From a bacterium (GTDB lineage Bacteria > UBA8248): a DNA stretch of 64,000 nt. Made by a program: the position numbers and the translations under genes. The notes under the pieces are model-generated. The model was not told the origin of the DNA. It saw only the letters and a list, made by a program, of their open reading frames with translations, and ran no database searches. Positions 36,103-45,853 of this stretch are shown here, piece by piece. The DNA lies in the NCBI GenBank assembly GCA_965203325.1, contig OZ241875.1:3360001-3424000 (forward strand), given 5' to 3'. Every line of letters begins with the position of its first letter. Position 1 is the first letter of the stretch.

Positions 36103-36996
36103 TTACAGGGAGAGATCGTAGAACTTCCTCGCATTCTCGAACGACACCTTGCGGATCGCCTCATCCGGCAGGCCTGCGTTTCGCATGGCGCGCAGCGTCT
36201 TGGGGACCGAGAGGATGTCGATGGGCCGGTAGCCGAGGTGGTCGGAGTTGAGCATGATCCGGTCGGGCCCGAACGTCTCCACCCACTCGATGACCTGCGC
36301 GGGTTCGAGGGGCCTGAGCGCGCTGCCGATGCTGATGGCGCACATGGCGCGCGTATCGCGGTGGATATGTTCGACCGTCGTGGCGTCGGTGTGATCGACG
36401 GCGACCCGGGCTTCGTCGAAACCGGTCTTGCGGATGATTTCCAGGTCCTTCTGCATGTAGTGGAGCCGGAGTTGCTCGGGCGGCACGTCGGCCTGCACGG
36501 CGACGTTGCCGAGAAAATCCTTGCTCTTCTTGGGTGTGGGCGTATGCAGGATGATGGGCTTGTCGTACTTTTTCGCAAGCTCCGCCTGGGCTTCGAGACA
36601 CGCGGTCTGCTCTTCCATCGGCCAGGTGAGGGAGAAATACTGCGTGGGGTCGAGGCCGATCTCGCCCAGGGCGACGACGTTTTCGTCTTCGAGAAAACCG
36701 GGAATCTCCTCCAGCAGGTTTTCCCAGTCGTTCACCCGCGTCATCGAGCTGATGCCGACCGCGCAGCGGATTTTGATGAAGTGCTGCGCCTCGAGCGCAT
36801 GGGCCATCGCGACCGGCCCCTCCCAGAAGCGCATGATGTCGTCGTAGCCCGGCGCCTCGTCCCACACCTCGCGGTAGAGGTGGGGGTTGCCGCAGGAGAG
36901 CACCGCCGCGCGCATGCCCGTCGCGCCGAGCAGTTCCCACTCGTCCCAGTTCAGGGCGTGCATATGGTTGTGGCTGTCGATGTATTCACCGAACAT
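36103..36996 (-). CDS. TatD-family (COG1099-like) metal-dependent hydrolase
   Basis: GGAGAGG RBS and ATG at 36996; DSHNH, GEIGLD, ILHTP, VDH, LNSD. Confidence 0.85.
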   Translation of the reverse strand: MFGEYIDSHNHMHALNWDEWELLGATGMRAAVLSCGNPHLYREVWDEAPGYDDIMRFWEGPVAMAHALEAQHFIKIRCAVGISSMTRVNDWENLLEEIPGFLEDENVVALGEIGLDPTQYFSLTWPMEEQTACLEAQAELAKKYDKPIILHTPTPKKSKDFLGNVAVQADVPPEQLRLHYMQKDLEIIRKTGFDEARVAVDHTDATTVEHIHRDTRAMCAISIGSALRPLEPAQVIEWVETFGPDRIMLNSDHLGYRPIDILSVPKTLRAMRNAGLPDEAIRKVSFENARKFYDLSL

Positions 36997-37069
36997 CGGA
37001 ACCTCTCCGCTGGTTGGATGCTTGAAAGTCAACCTATCCGCATGGACACCGGGGGTCAAGGGGGAGAGT
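36908..37069 (-). repeat. Direct repeat copy 1 (promoter plus first ~30 codons of the TatD-family gene)
   Basis: About 7 differences from 37751-37913 by eye. Confidence 0.92.
37031..37059 (-). promoter_or_regulatory. sigma70 promoter of the TatD-family gene (duplicated at 37874-37902)
   Basis: TTGACC-17 bp-TAGGTT on the minus strand. Confidence 0.65.
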
Positions 37070-37161
37070 TGAAAACAGGGATAGGGAAGGGGTGTGGGGT
37101 GAGGTCCAAGAAATGCTGGAATGTTGCCTGACTACCTGCCTTGTAATGTCTTGGTTTTGGA

Positions 37162-37356
37162 TTAGAACTTCTTGTTTATACCTGCAACTTTAAGAATTGC
37201 GTTTGCGGTATGTCTGGATTTAATTTTTGAGTCCACGGATATATTTTTTCTCGTGATGGGGCTATACCAAATTTCATGATCCCCTTTGCCTTGACGCTTG
37301 AATGAACATCCTTCATCGACGAGGAGTTTCTTTACTTCCTTGGAAAAGTTGTTCAT
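37162..37356 (-). CDS. hicA: HicA-family mRNA interferase toxin
   Basis: 64 aa, GCSFKRQGKGDHEIWYSP...SRHTANAILKVAGI; low GC. Confidence 0.9.
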   Translation of the reverse strand: MNNFSKEVKKLLVDEGCSFKRQGKGDHEIWYSPITRKNISVDSKIKSRHTANAILKVAGINKKF

Positions 37357-37589
37357 GTAACAGAATATTCAGTAGAACTCTCAAATGGAATCTTGAAGAC
37401 GACCTCAATCTCTTTCGGGTTTTTATCTTTTACCAGGTCTGCATTCAATTCAAGAAGGTCGGGGACGATTTCCAGGAGCTTTTCACAAAGTTCGTTCGGC
37501 GTGCCGGCCTCCGTAACGAGACCCGGTATATCTTCGCTGGTCGCTACCCATACCTCTGCGTCGATATCCCTTTGGACGAAGATATTCAT
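37353..37589 (-). CDS. DUF1902/HicB-like antitoxin (no C-terminal DNA-binding domain)
   Basis: DAEVWVATSEDIPGLVTEAGT..EL..KL..IVPDLLELN; ATGA overlap with hicA. Confidence 0.85.
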   Translation of the reverse strand: MNIFVQRDIDAEVWVATSEDIPGLVTEAGTPNELCEKLLEIVPDLLELNADLVKDKNPKEIEVVFKIPFESSTEYSVT

Positions 37590-37750
37590 TTGTCATCTCC
37601 TTCATCTGGAAGTGATGCCGCAACATACCTCCAATCGGCGCGCCCTACCCAAGTATCTTAAATTGATTTTCGCCACGGAAATCAGGAAAAGTCAAACCAG
37701 AGCATTTTCCGGGGAACACCGCCGGAAAAGATTTGTTCGTATCCCGGCCA

Positions 37751-37913
37751 GCGCGCATGCCCGTCGCGCCGAGCAGTTCCCACTCGTCCCAGCTCAGGGC
37801 GTGCATATGGTTGTGGCTGTCGATGTATTCGCCGAACACCGGAACCTCTCCACTGGTTGGATGCCTGGAAGTCAACCTATCCGCATGGACACCGGGGGTC
37901 AAGGGGGGAGAGT
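37751..37913 (-). repeat. Direct repeat copy 2 (truncated TatD-family 5' end with GTG start)
   Basis: VFGEYIDSHNHMHALSWDEWELLGATGMRA, then diverges. Confidence 0.92.
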
Positions 37914-37977
37914 GGGAACAGCCCCTTAAAACAAACGCCGGAGACATCCGTCCCCGGCATTTGCATGATTCCGTTTC

Positions 37978-38053
37978 TGGTGCGCGTGGCAGGAGTCGAA
38001 CCTGCGACTTCCTGCTCCGGAGGCAGGCGCTCTATCCTCTGAGCTACACGCGC
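37978..38053 (-). tRNA. tRNA-Arg(CCG)
   Basis: GCGCGTG..GCTCAGAGGATAGAGC.CCTGC-CTCCGGA-GCAGG..GCAGGTTCGACTCCTGC CACGCGC A CCA; 76-nt cloverleaf with encoded CCA. Confidence 0.97.
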
Positions 38054-38083
38054 ATTTTCATCAACCGCCTTGGAGCCTCACCC

Positions 38084-38323
38084 CTATAGCATGGAGTGCG
38101 TGCCGTCGCACATGGGCGCGTTGCCCGTCTGCTTGCAGCCGCAAAAGGCGCACGTCTTGCCCGCCTGCACGTCGAGGACGATGGGACGGAATTCCGAACC
38201 CTTGTGGGAGCCGTCGCAAAATGGCTGCGATTGGCTCAAGCCGCATGCGCACCAGGCGACTTTCTCGTCCTTTTCCGGTTTGTAGATATAGGGCGCTTTC
38301 TGGGCCACTTTGGGGTCGGCCAT
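38084..38323 (-). CDS. CDGSH iron-sulfur protein (two CDGSH motifs)
   Basis: WCACGLSQSQPFCDGSH and FCGCKQTGNAPMCDGTH. Confidence 0.92.
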   Translation of the reverse strand: MADPKVAQKAPYIYKPEKDEKVAWCACGLSQSQPFCDGSHKGSEFRPIVLDVQAGKTCAFCGCKQTGNAPMCDGTHSML

Positions 38324-38414
38324 CGGTTCGTTCTCCTTTGTCTTGTCGCTGTTAGGCGATATGAGTTCGATTCGCTATTCTAGTCCGAATCATCGCCCTT
38401 GAAAAGGAAGCCCG

Positions 38415-39056
38415 ATGCCCGCATCCTCGCCCGCGCGCCTTCTACGCATACTGGAGCAGACCTACCCCGACGCGCGTTGCGCGCTCGACTACCGGAACCC
38501 GCTCGAACTGCTGGTGGCGACGATGCTCTCCGCCCAGTGCACCGACGAGCGGGTGAACATGGTCACTCCCGCCCTTTTCGCCCGCTTCCCCGACGCCGCC
38601 TCGTTTGCGGAGGCCGAGTCTGCCGAACTCGAAGAGTTGATTCATTCGTGCGGCTTCTACCGCCAGAAGGCGAAGTCCATCCGCGCGTGCTGCCGCCTTC
38701 TTGTGGATGAATTCGGCGGCGAGGTGCCGGGCGAAATGGAGCATCTGGTGACGCTGCCCGGCGTGGGGCGCAAGACGGCCAACGTCGTCCTGAACGAGGC
38801 GTACGGCGAGCCGGCCATCGCCGTCGATACGCACGTTCTGCGCACGGCCAACCGGCTGGGCTGGATATCGACGCGCGACCCGGTGAAGGCCGAGTTTCAG
38901 CTTTTGGACGCCGTGCCGAAGAAATGGTGGGGCCGCGTCACCTTGCTCCTGATCCATCACGGGCGGAACTGCTGCTCGGCGAGAAAGCCCCTGTGCGCGG
39001 ATTGTCCGATTCTCAAAGGTTGTCCGCATGGTCAGGAGGCGCTTTCCGGCGGATGA
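38415..39056 (+). CDS. nth: Endonuclease III
   Basis: LSAQCTD, LPGVGRKTANVV, AVDTHV, C-x6-C-x2-C-x5-C. Confidence 0.95.
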   Translation: MPASSPARLLRILEQTYPDARCALDYRNPLELLVATMLSAQCTDERVNMVTPALFARFPDAASFAEAESAELEELIHSCGFYRQKAKSIRACCRLLVDEFGGEVPGEMEHLVTLPGVGRKTANVVLNEAYGEPAIAVDTHVLRTANRLGWISTRDPVKAEFQLLDAVPKKWWGRVTLLLIHHGRNCCSARKPLCADCPILKGCPHGQEALSGG

Positions 39057-39163
39057 TTTGCGGGAATCTGCGCATTCGACTGGACAACCCGAATCCGGAG
39101 TCCTTATAATCGCCTATCTTTTTACCTGCTTTTGAGGCTTAGCCCGCAATCCGGAGGTTATCC

Positions 39164-40162
39164 ATGGCCAATGGCGCAGCCGTCGGCACCGACACGATCC
39201 TGGAACTGAGAGACCTGCACACATACTTCCATACGCCCGAGGGCACGGTGCGCGCCGTGGACGGCGTGACCTACAGCCTGAAAGCGGGCGAGACGCTCGG
39301 CGTCGTGGGGGAATCCGGGTGCGGCAAGACGGTGACGGCGCTTTCGGTGCTTCGCCTCGTCCCCGAACCGCCGGGTGAGATATTCGGAGATGGCATCTTC
39401 TTCGAGGGCCGGGATTTGACGAAGCTCGACACGAAGGAGTTGCGCGAGATTCGCGGCAACCACATCTCGATGATCTTCCAGGAGCCGATGACGAGCCTGA
39501 ACCCCGTGTTCACCGTCGGTTTTCAGATCGCCGAAGCCGTCATGCTTCACCAGGGCATGTCGAAAAAAGACGCGATGGACAAGGCCGCCGAGATGCTCGA
39601 CTTGGTCGGCATTCCCCTGCCGCGCCAGCGGGTGCGCGAATACCCCCACCAGCTATCGGGCGGCATGCGGCAGCGCGCGATGATCGCCATGGCGCTCTCG
39701 TGCAACCCGAAGATACTTCTGGCCGATGAGCCGACCACGGCGCTCGACGTGACCATTCAGGCGCAGATCCTCGATCTCATGGTGAAGCTCCAGGAAGAGC
39801 TCGGCACGGCGGTCATCCTCATCACGCACGACCTGGGCCTCGTGGCCGAAACGTGCAAGCGCGTCGTCGTCATGTACGCCGGCAAGGTGGTCGAAGAGGC
39901 GCCGACGGAGGAGATATTCGGCAACCCGCTCCACCCCTATACCCGGGGGCTGCTCAACTCGATTCCCAAGCTCAACACCACCAATCCCGGCGAGAAGATT
40001 CGGCTGGAGGAGATCAAGGGCATCGTGCCGAGCCTGAACCGCCTGCCGACGGGTTGCAGCTTCAACCCGAGGTGCCCGGAAGTGAAGGCGATGTGCCTGG
40101 AACACGAACCCGAACTCAAAGAGGTATCCCCCGGACACTTCGTCCGCTGTCTGCTGTATTAG
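39164..40162 (+). CDS. oppD: Oligopeptide/dipeptide ABC transporter ATP-binding subunit (no partner subunits adjacent)
   Basis: [35 protein letters not shown]-terminal Cys motif. Confidence 0.9.
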   Translation: MANGAAVGTDTILELRDLHTYFHTPEGTVRAVDGVTYSLKAGETLGVVGESGCGKTVTALSVLRLVPEPPGEIFGDGIFFEGRDLTKLDTKELREIRGNHISMIFQEPMTSLNPVFTVGFQIAEAVMLHQGMSKKDAMDKAAEMLDLVGIPLPRQRVREYPHQLSGGMRQRAMIAMALSCNPKILLADEPTTALDVTIQAQILDLMVKLQEELGTAVILITHDLGLVAETCKRVVVMYAGKVVEEAPTEEIFGNPLHPYTRGLLNSIPKLNTTNPGEKIRLEEIKGIVPSLNRLPTGCSFNPRCPEVKAMCLEHEPELKEVSPGHFVRCLLY

Positions 40163-40393
40163 CCGCGTCTCCCGCCCCGAGGCCGCCCGGAATCATTTTC
40201 TCTCCTCCTCTTGGAGAAAATGTGGATTTTGGGATATAGTCGCCTTTCTGTGGACGAAAACGTTCGCACCGGTTGACCTGATTTTGAATCCGTATGCGCG
40301 TGGCCGACGGCGAGAATCCTGACCACCGGGTTCAGCTTCGGATTTGCCCGTTGAGGCCGCAGCCACTGCGAAGGCAGGAAAGGAAACGCATAA

Positions 40394-41539
40394 ATGTCGC
40401 CGATTCGCATCGCCATCGCCGGCGTGGGGAACTGCGCGAGTTCCCTGCTCCAGGGCATCGAGTATTACCGCCATCATCCCGAGGAAGAGTTGGGTCTCAT
40501 GCACCGGGATCTGGGCGGCTACGGGCCGGAGGACATCGAGGTCGTCGCGGCTCTCGACATCGACGTCCGCAAGGTGGGCCAGCCGCTGCATGCCGCGGCC
40601 TTCGCCAGGCCCAACTGCACGAAGACCATCTGGGAGAACCTGCCCGATTACGGCGTGAACGTGCGGATGGGGCCCATACTCGACGGCGTGGCGTCCCACA
40701 TGGCGGAATACGCTTCGGATCGCTCCTTTCTGCCCGCCGAGGCGGAACCCTGTGACGTGGCGGCGGAGCTTCGCGAGAGCGGGGCGGAAATTCTGTTGAA
40801 CTTCATGCCCGTGGGCTCCGAGCAGGCGGCGCGCCACTACGCCGAAGCGGCGCTCGCGGCGGGCGTTTCCCTCATCAACTGCATGCCGGTCTTCATCGTC
40901 TCGGACCCGGAATGGGCGGGCCGCTTCACCGATGCGGGGATTCCCGTGGTGGGAGACGACGTGAAGGCCCAGCTCGGCGCCACCATCCTGCACCGCACGC
41001 TCGCAAAGCTTTGCGCTGACAGGGGCGTGAAGCTCAAGCGCACCTACCAGCTGAACACGGGCGGAAACACGGATTTTCTGAACATGCTGGAGCGTTCGCG
41101 CCTGAAGTCCAAGAAGATATCGAAAACGGACGCCGTACAGAGCCAGTTGCCTGAACCCCTGGACTCGGACGACATCCACATCGGCCCGTCCGACTACGTG
41201 CCCTGGCAGGACGACAACAAGGTATGCTTTTTGAGAATCGAGGCGGAGGGCTTCGGCGGCGTGCCGCTCGAAATCGAGGCGCGCCTCTCGGTGGAGGATT
41301 CTCCCAACTCGGGCGGCGTCGTCATCGACGCGATTCGCCTCGCGCGCATCGCGCGCGACAGGGGCGAGGCGGGGCCGCTCTACCCCGTGAGCGCCTACCT
41401 AATGAAGCACCCCCCCGTTCAGGTGCCCGACGCCGTCTCGCGCATGATGATTGATGAGTTCATTGCGGGCGATCTGCGCGCGAGCGATCAGGTCGAGTTC
41501 AACGGAAACGGCCTGCCCGCCCGCTACGACCATAAATAG
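40394..41539 (+). CDS. ino1: Myo-inositol-1-phosphate synthase
   Basis: GVGNCASSL, GDDVKAQLGAT, QLNTGGNTDF, SKKISKT, EDSPNSGG. Confidence 0.95.
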   Translation: MSPIRIAIAGVGNCASSLLQGIEYYRHHPEEELGLMHRDLGGYGPEDIEVVAALDIDVRKVGQPLHAAAFARPNCTKTIWENLPDYGVNVRMGPILDGVASHMAEYASDRSFLPAEAEPCDVAAELRESGAEILLNFMPVGSEQAARHYAEAALAAGVSLINCMPVFIVSDPEWAGRFTDAGIPVVGDDVKAQLGATILHRTLAKLCADRGVKLKRTYQLNTGGNTDFLNMLERSRLKSKKISKTDAVQSQLPEPLDSDDIHIGPSDYVPWQDDNKVCFLRIEAEGFGGVPLEIEARLSVEDSPNSGGVVIDAIRLARIARDRGEAGPLYPVSAYLMKHPPVQVPDAVSRMMIDEFIAGDLRASDQVEFNGNGLPARYDHK

Positions 41540-41559
41540 CTCCTACGCTTCGGAACATG

Positions 41560-41590
41560 AAACCCCCGGCTTTGACGCCCGGGGGTTTTT
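41560..41590. terminator. Bidirectional intrinsic terminator
   Basis: AAACCCCCGG-loop-CCGGGGGTTTTT between convergent genes. Confidence 0.8.
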
Positions 41591-41614
41591 CGTTGGTGAG
41601 TCCAGTCGCTCGCA

Positions 41615-42025
41615 TCAACCGCCGCCGTAGGTCTCTCCCGCGCGCTCCGAGAGCTCGATCCGCACGTCCTCGGGACCTCTTATATAGGCCGTCGTCCTGC
41701 CGCCCATGCCCGAAGGGGAGGGGTCGCGGATGAAGTCCGCGCCCCCTTCTTTCATCTGGGCTGCCAAGCCGTGGATGTCGTCCACGGCGAAGGAGAAATG
41801 GTCGAGGCCCATCACGGCGTCCGCGTGGTTCTCCCCGATGCGCTCGCCGGGCCGCACGCCTCTTAAGAAAAGTCTGGCATCACCGACGCGCACGACGGCA
41901 TTGGGCGCGCCGTGGAAATTCTCTTCGCGGTAGATCACCTCGCCGCCGAATATCTTTTCGAAAAAGGCGACCATCCCTTCCAGATCCTTACAGATAATGT
42001 GCACGTGATCGAATGATAAGCGCAT
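41615..42025 (-). CDS. VOC/glyoxalase-family protein
   Basis: FDHVHI, GLDHFSFAVDDI, YIRGPEDVRIELSE; ATG at 42025. Confidence 0.88.
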   Translation of the reverse strand: MRLSFDHVHIICKDLEGMVAFFEKIFGGEVIYREENFHGAPNAVVRVGDARLFLRGVRPGERIGENHADAVMGLDHFSFAVDDIHGLAAQMKEGGADFIRDPSPSGMGGRTTAYIRGPEDVRIELSERAGETYGGG

Positions 42026-42151
42026 TTGCTCCCCCCTTTTGCGTGAACTGCTGAAACTTGAGCTTTGCATTCGGGGCCAATGTCGCCCGTAAGGCGGCGT
42101 GCGGTCAATCGCCGCCATGTGTAGAATGACCCGCCTGAAAAGGGGGTGCGC

Positions 42152-43054
42152 ATGGCCGGAACCCGGAAAGTGCCCACAAGCTGGAAGACGGGGCTTCAGC
42201 GCGTGGCGCGCGGCGTCTACGCCTATATCCAGGCGGGCGGGCTGAACGTCTCGAACGCAGGTCTCATCGTGGGGGACGATGAAGCGCTCGTGGTCGACGC
42301 GCTCTATGTGCGGCCCATGACGCAGGCGTTTCAGGAGGCGATCCGCAAGGCGACCAGAAAGCCCGTGCGCAAGATCGTCTGCACCCACCACCATGCGGAT
42401 CACACGCTGGGGCTCACCTGGTTCGAGCGGGACATCCCCGTCATCGCGCACCGCCATATGCGCGAGCGGATGATCGAGACGGGCCTCGACCTCGCGCACT
42501 ACAGGGGCGTGAACCCCGAATACGCCTCGGAACTCAAAAGGCTCAGGCAGCGCTTTCCCGACGTTACCTACGAGGGCGGCATGACGCTGCGTCTGGGCAA
42601 GCGCGTCGTGGAACTCCACCACCTGGGCCACGCGCATTCCAAGGGCGACACGGTCGTCTATCTGCCCGAAGAACGCGTCTTGTTCACGGGCGACATCTGC
42701 TTTCATTACGTGACGCCCGCCACCTTCGACGCCCACGTCGGCGGGTGGATACGGATTGCGGAGAAGATACTGAAAACCTTCGCCGTCGAAACGGTCGTTC
42801 CGGGGCACGGGCCGCCGGGGGACAAGAGCGCGCTCGAGAAAACCCTGGGCTACCTCCGGCTCGTGCGCCGGGAGGCGCGAAAGCGTTTCAAGGAGGGCAC
42901 CCCTGCCAAGCGCGCCGCGCGCGAGATTCCGCTGGGCGAATATGCGGACTGGATGAAGCCCGACCGCGTCGAGCAGGCCGTGATGAAGCTCTACAACGAG
43001 TTCAAAGGCCGTGGCGAGCAGGGGATATCGCTCCACGACGCGCGGGGTGGATGA
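42152..43054 (+). CDS. MBL-fold metallo-hydrolase (cyclase-like)
   Basis: NAGLIVG, THHHADH, GHAHSKGD, FTGD, VPGHG. Confidence 0.9.
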   Translation: MAGTRKVPTSWKTGLQRVARGVYAYIQAGGLNVSNAGLIVGDDEALVVDALYVRPMTQAFQEAIRKATRKPVRKIVCTHHHADHTLGLTWFERDIPVIAHRHMRERMIETGLDLAHYRGVNPEYASELKRLRQRFPDVTYEGGMTLRLGKRVVELHHLGHAHSKGDTVVYLPEERVLFTGDICFHYVTPATFDAHVGGWIRIAEKILKTFAVETVVPGHGPPGDKSALEKTLGYLRLVRREARKRFKEGTPAKRAAREIPLGEYADWMKPDRVEQAVMKLYNEFKGRGEQGISLHDARGG

Positions 43055-43064
43055 GGAAGACGAC

Positions 43065-43421
43065 ATGTCCGAGAACTACGACCGAAGACGAAGCCGCTGC
43101 ATGCTCGATCAGTCCTCGAACACGCAAAACCCCGTCCACTTGATCTTACGAAGCCCCTATGCGCTCAAGGCGGAATATGCAGGGGAGCATCAAGACGTGC
43201 GCGTCTTGATCGACGAATATAACGCCCTGGCCGCACAGGATGAACCCGCCGCAGATGCCCGCGAAGCCCTGGCGAAACAAGCCGATGCGCTCTCGGCCCG
43301 CTACGCCGCCGCGCACATGTCCGCCCTCGCCGAACACCTCGCCTTTCTCGCTGAACTATTTAGGGGCCGCTATCCGATTCGTCCCGTGATGGATGCGGTC
43401 AGGCTGGAGGAAATCTCATAG
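43065..43421 (+). CDS. Hypothetical protein
   Basis: GAGGA RBS, ATG at 43065, followed by a terminator. Confidence 0.55.
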   Translation: MSENYDRRRSRCMLDQSSNTQNPVHLILRSPYALKAEYAGEHQDVRVLIDEYNALAAQDEPAADAREALAKQADALSARYAAAHMSALAEHLAFLAELFRGRYPIRPVMDAVRLEEIS

Positions 43422-43458
43422 AAAAACCCCCGAGGCTTTCGCCCCGGGGGTGTCTTTT
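43422..43458. terminator. Bidirectional intrinsic terminator
   Basis: AAAAACCCCCGAGGC-TTTC-GCCCCGGGGGTGTCTTTT. Confidence 0.75.
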
Positions 43459-43511
43459 GGCTGGACTTTCGTTTCTTCCCTACATCAAATGGACTGCTTG
43501 CGTCGCTCCCA

Positions 43512-44711
43512 TCAATGCCCGTTGGCGTCGCCCCCGGCGGGGGCTTCGGTGAGGCCGCAGAAGAACTCGTAGTCGATGAGCTCGGTGATGGAGGGGCTGT
43601 CCCCGCACACCGGGCAGCCCGGGTCGCGCCTGATCTTGAGCGTCCTGAACTGCGATTTGAGCGCGTCGTACATCAGCAGTTTGCCGATCAGCGGTTCCCC
43701 GAAGCCCACGATGAGCTTGGCCGTCTCCGTCGCCTGGATGGAGCCCATGGTGCCGCACAGCGCGCCCAAAACCCCTGCGTCCTGGCAGGAGGGCACCATG
43801 CCGGGCGGCGGCGGTTCGGGGTAGAGGCAGCGGTAGCAGGGGCCGCCCTTGGCGGGATGGTAGACGGTGGCCTGGCCCTCGAACTTGAAGATGGAGGCGT
43901 CGACAATGGGCTTTCCGAGAAAGACAGCCGCGTCGTTCACGAGGTAGCGGGTGGGGAAATTGTCCGCCCCGTTCACGATGACGTCGTAGTCTTTCAGGAT
44001 GTCGAGCGCGTTGTCGCGGTTGAGTCTCTCCTCATGAGCGATGACGTTCACGTCGGGGTTCAGCGCGGTGAGGGTGGCCGCCGCGCTCTCGACCTTGGAG
44101 GTGCCCACGCGGTCGTTCGTGTGGACGATCTGGCGCTGAAGATTGCTCATGTCCACGACGTCCATATCCACGATGCCGATGTTGCCCACGCCCATGGCGG
44201 TCAGGTAAAGCCCGGTGGGAGAGCCCAGCCCACCCGCGCCTATCAGGACGACCTTGGCGTCCAGGAGTTTGGCCTGGCCCTTTTCGCCGATCTGGGAGAG
44301 CAGGAAGTGGCGGCTGTAGCGGTTCAACTGCTCCGCGCTCATCTGCTTGTCCACTTGGACAGGAAAGCCCAAATCTTTCCACTTGCCGTAACCGCCCGCC
44401 ATGGATTTCACGTTCTGATAGCCCATGGACTGGAGCACCTGGCCGGCGAGCAGCGAGCGCACGCCGCCCGCGCAATAGGCGACGATGGGCGTCTTCCTGT
44501 CGGGTACGACCTGCTCGATCTTGAGCTCCAGGAATCCGCGGCTCACGTGCTCCGCGCCCGGCAGGTAGCCGCCCCGGAACTCGTCCGGTTCGCGCACGTC
44601 GATGAGCGCCACCCCGGTACCGGTATCGACCGCGTTTTTCACTTCTTCCGCCGTGATCTCAGGAACATCGCCCCGCGCGTCCTCGAGCAGGTCCCGTCCT
44701 GTTTTCGACAT
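43512..44711 (-). CDS. moeB: Rhodanese-ThiF fusion, sulfur-carrier adenylyltransferase (MoeB/MoeZ-type)
   Basis: N-terminal rhodanese (DVREPDE, YCAGGVRS); RYSRH, GAGGLGS, SNLQRQ, PCYRC, CPVC. Confidence 0.92.
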   Translation of the reverse strand: MSKTGRDLLEDARGDVPEITAEEVKNAVDTGTGVALIDVREPDEFRGGYLPGAEHVSRGFLELKIEQVVPDRKTPIVAYCAGGVRSLLAGQVLQSMGYQNVKSMAGGYGKWKDLGFPVQVDKQMSAEQLNRYSRHFLLSQIGEKGQAKLLDAKVVLIGAGGLGSPTGLYLTAMGVGNIGIVDMDVVDMSNLQRQIVHTNDRVGTSKVESAAATLTALNPDVNVIAHEERLNRDNALDILKDYDVIVNGADNFPTRYLVNDAAVFLGKPIVDASIFKFEGQATVYHPAKGGPCYRCLYPEPPPPGMVPSCQDAGVLGALCGTMGSIQATETAKLIVGFGEPLIGKLLMYDALKSQFRTLKIRRDPGCPVCGDSPSITELIDYEFFCGLTEAPAGGDANGH

Positions 44712-44819
44712 TTCTTGATCTCCTTTGCTCCCAGCGTTCGCTGAAAAGGGATATGGGATAGATAATCGTAAGTTATCGGCACTTCAGAGCGCGCAGCGCC
44801 CGCCCCACAATTCTTTCGA

Positions 44820-44844
44820 ATACTAAACCAATTTACTCAAGAAT
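44820..44844. promoter_or_regulatory. Rrf2-family (IscR type-1-like) operator upstream of moeB
   Basis: ATACTAAACCAATTTACTCAAGAAT matches ATASYYGACTRWWWYAGTCRRSTAT at 20/25 positions and overlaps a plausible minus-strand promoter (TTGCTA..TAGTAT). Confidence 0.6.
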
Positions 44845-44974
44845 AGCAAGCCAGTCTCTTGAAACATGAAAATCGAATCATTATCCAGAAAAAAGCGTCA
44901 AAGCGCCATGCCGCTCGCGGCGCTCTCTCTATAGCCTGTGGAATCAACTGCACGACGAACGCTCACTCTTCGCG

Positions 44975-45853
44975 CTAGTTCATCCCCGCGCCTTTTTCAA
45001 AAAACTCCAGAATGGCGTTCTGGTCCGCGTCGCCGTGGCCCAGGGCCGCCGCGCCCATATAGACCTGCCGCGCCATCGTCCCCAGGGGAATCGGCGTTCC
45101 GACGCCGTCGGCCATCGCCGCGATGATGCGCAGATCCTTGAGCATGAGGTTCACCGTGAAGGTGGGCGAATAGTCCTTGGCGATCATGGGCGAGGCCTTG
45201 TATTCGAGGATTTTGGGAATCACGCTCGCCTTCAGGAACTCGACCATATGCTCGGGGTCGAGGCCCCCCTTCGTCCCCATGGTGAGCGCCTCGGCGATGG
45301 CGGAGATGTGGATCGCGAAGATGTGGTTCGTCACCAGCTTCATCTGGAGGCCCGCCCCGTTTGCGCCGAAATAGTGGATCGAGGCGCTGAAGGCCTCCAA
45401 AACGTCACGGTGGGCTTCGAGCGAGGCCTCATCGCCCCCCACCATGATGGCGAGGGTGCCCGCCTTCGCGTGGGGTACACTCCCGCTCACGGGAGTATCC
45501 AGAAACCGGACGCCTCGGCTTTCCGCTTCCGCCGCCAGGTCCTGGCTGCCCTCGACCGTCAGGGTGGACAGGTCGAAGCATACCGCGCCCTCCCTGGCCG
45601 TTGTGAGCGCGCCGGTCTCGCCGAGATAGGCTTCTCTCGCGTGCTCGACCTCGGGCACCGAACTGCAAATCACTTCCGCTCCCGTGGCGGCTTCCGCCGC
45701 CGTCTCGAAGACGGTAAGCCCCGCCGCAGCCGCCCGCTCGCGCATAGCGGGGACGGGGTCGAAGCCACGAACGTCGAAACCCGCCTTCACCAGATTTTCC
45801 GACATGCCCGAGCCCATGTTGCCGAGGCCCAGGAAAGCAACCACTTTCGCCAT
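44975..45853 (-). CDS. Beta-hydroxyacid dehydrogenase (3-hydroxyisobutyrate dehydrogenase family)
   Basis: FLGLGNMG, DTPVSGS, MKLVTN, LMLKDL. Confidence 0.9.
   Translation of the reverse strand: MAKVVAFLGLGNMGSGMSENLVKAGFDVRGFDPVPAMRERAAAAGLTVFETAAEAATGAEVICSSVPEVEHAREAYLGETGALTTAREGAVCFDLSTLTVEGSQDLAAEAESRGVRFLDTPVSGSVPHAKAGTLAIMVGGDEASLEAHRDVLEAFSASIHYFGANGAGLQMKLVTNHIFAIHISAIAEALTMGTKGGLDPEHMVEFLKASVIPKILEYKASPMIAKDYSPTFTVNLMLKDLRIIAAMADGVGTPIPLGTMARQVYMGAAALGHGDADQNAILEFFEKGAGMN

Noticed and set aside
37914..38053. Integrase-type island at tRNA-Arg
   Set aside because: No integrase is adjacent and I saw no duplicate of the tRNA 3' end in the window.
40163..40393. Riboswitch in the ino1 leader
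   Set aside because: The leader is ~230 nt, but I could not recognise any aptamer consensus. An Infernal scan would settle it.
42026..43066. 483-aa VOC fusion
   Set aside because: The upstream part is antisense to the MBL hydrolase; the VOC gene starts at 42025.
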